DNA of 52,947 nt from assembly GCA_010093745.1 (NCBI GenBank), contig MU006031.1, forward strand, positions 1-52,947, read 5' to 3'. Both the position numbers and the translations under genes were made by a program. Source of the DNA: Piedraia hortae CBS 480.64. Its lineage: Eukaryota. Below the pieces are notes generated by a model. The model made no database searches and was not told the DNA's origin. It was given only the letters and a program-made list of their open reading frames with translations. Of the stretch, positions 51,625-52,947 are shown piece after piece. Numbering within the stretch: the first letter of the stretch is position 1; each line of letters starts with the position of its first letter.

Positions 51625-52320
51625 CTATGATTTTGGAAAGGGGCGGTGCTTCCGCCTGAACTCGTGGTCCTGAGATCCCACCCACTGGTCCCACCCGTTA
51701 CAGAACCGGCGCTGAAAAAGGTCCCAGTCTGCCAGAGCCACCCGTTTCTCATTCCCCCCTCCCAACTTCCACCGCCTCTTCACCCCCAGCCCCGACAACC
51801 CAGGTCCCTGAAATACCTCCACCAAATGAGCTGCAAGAGCGCCGGCGAGCTCCCGGGGCATGGCGCTTTTCCTGCCGTCGGCTTCGCGCTGGCGAAGGAT
51901 TGCCGGTCCGTCCAACAACTCAGTTAGTTCAGGCTCTGTGAGGTGCATCACTATGAACCAGGTCTTCCGGGAGAAAACCATGATTGCCATGCTTCTCCCC
52001 GTGAGGTAGGTCACATTGTCGAAGACGGCCTTGTGCCCTTGCCGCGTAATTGCCTGGTAGGGCCGGCCCACAACAGAGAAAAAGTCGAGGGAGAATGCCG
52101 GCACGAGGTCGTGTCGGTCGTCAATGGAAAACCTCGGCCTCTCCGTAGTCCATTGTGTGTTTGACGGCGAATGGCCACTTTGGTAGTTGATCCAGGGACA
52201 CTCCAGCCCATATTCCCATTTTGTTGACGTCGCTGTCCCACTTTCATCCTCTGATTCCTCCACAAAGGAAGCATGTACACGAACTATGTTCCCACCACTC
52301 TTGAATTTTCCCTTCTCCAA
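51625..52320 (-). pseudogene. fragment of an uncharacterised fungal protein (possibly repeat-associated family)
   Basis: 231-codon open frame without a clear ATG start, with protein-like blocks PAFSLDFFSVVGRP, FDNVT, TWFIVMH and WKLGG..DWDLFQRRF..GW. It ends abruptly before a C-run/repeat tract. Confidence 0.45.
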
Positions 52321-52947
52321 CCTCTTAACCCATGTGAATCCGCCTGCAAGATCTTACAGGTCATTTCTTGCGCGTGCATGGGTAGGCGTGTTCACGATTG
52401 CTCTCATTGATGATCCAGTTTGCAAGATGCCTTTCCTGTTCGGACGTAAGTCCCTGGTCGGTGAGGCACGCCAAATGCCCTTGTAGCGAGCCGTGCAAAC
52501 TTGAATTTAACAGCACGGTCAGACGGAATGTACGTGGTTCCGCCTTTACATTCCCCGCTCTTGGAGAGATGGTGCCACGCTAGGAAGACGTAACCTTGTG
52601 GGACGGCCAAATTGGTGTCTTCTCACTGGTGAAAAGTGTGGAAGAGTCTTTGTATTTTTAATGTATATACATATATATATTCCCAAAGTTGCCTCGCCGT
52701 GTGCAACAGGTGGCTGCATTATGCCTGAGGCTAGAAAGCTGTCAAAAATTCTTCTTGAACAGTCTTGACATATGCAGTAGGATAGGTATCGACTACTTTT
52801 CCATCGTTCCCCCCATTGATGTCCCGCTAGATAGAAAACCAAAGCGGGGCATCAGCCCACCCAAACCACCCACCTACCCATCACAATGTATTATAATTGT
52901 GAGCAGATGTGTACCTGCATACAAATCTCTACGGAAAACTAGTTGAC

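Overview
Eukaryotic, fungal (Pezizomycotina-like ascomycete) genomic DNA with a very compact, intron-poor layout. Two blocks of conserved housekeeping genes are present. About 1.2-29.4 kb: WSS1, a Kic1/Nak1-type GC kinase, a small hypothetical gene, RRN3, CDC1, a Gly/Tyr/Asn/Gln-repeat protein, SAS4, TAF2, TEL2, UBA3, VPS53 and an LSD1-like demethylase. About 35.8-40.1 kb: a CreB/UBP13-type deubiquitinase, ALG12 and a small secreted Cys protein. Decayed accessory tracts (about 2.5-4.6, 29.5-35.6 and 40.2-52.9 kb) carry a Ty1/copia integrase relic, an F-box-like pseudogene, an internally deleted Tad1-like LINE with its (CAAA)n tail, a stand-alone Clr2 N-terminal-domain ORF and a fragment of an uncharacterised protein. 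I found no clear novel multi-gene system. The most unusual signals are recurrent C-rich to G-rich strand-skew switches every few kb regardless of gene orientation, the prion-like GYGGNQ repeat protein, the truncated Clr2 gene, and motif expansions in WSS1 and the kinase. All identifications come from motif recognition by eye, with no database searches.
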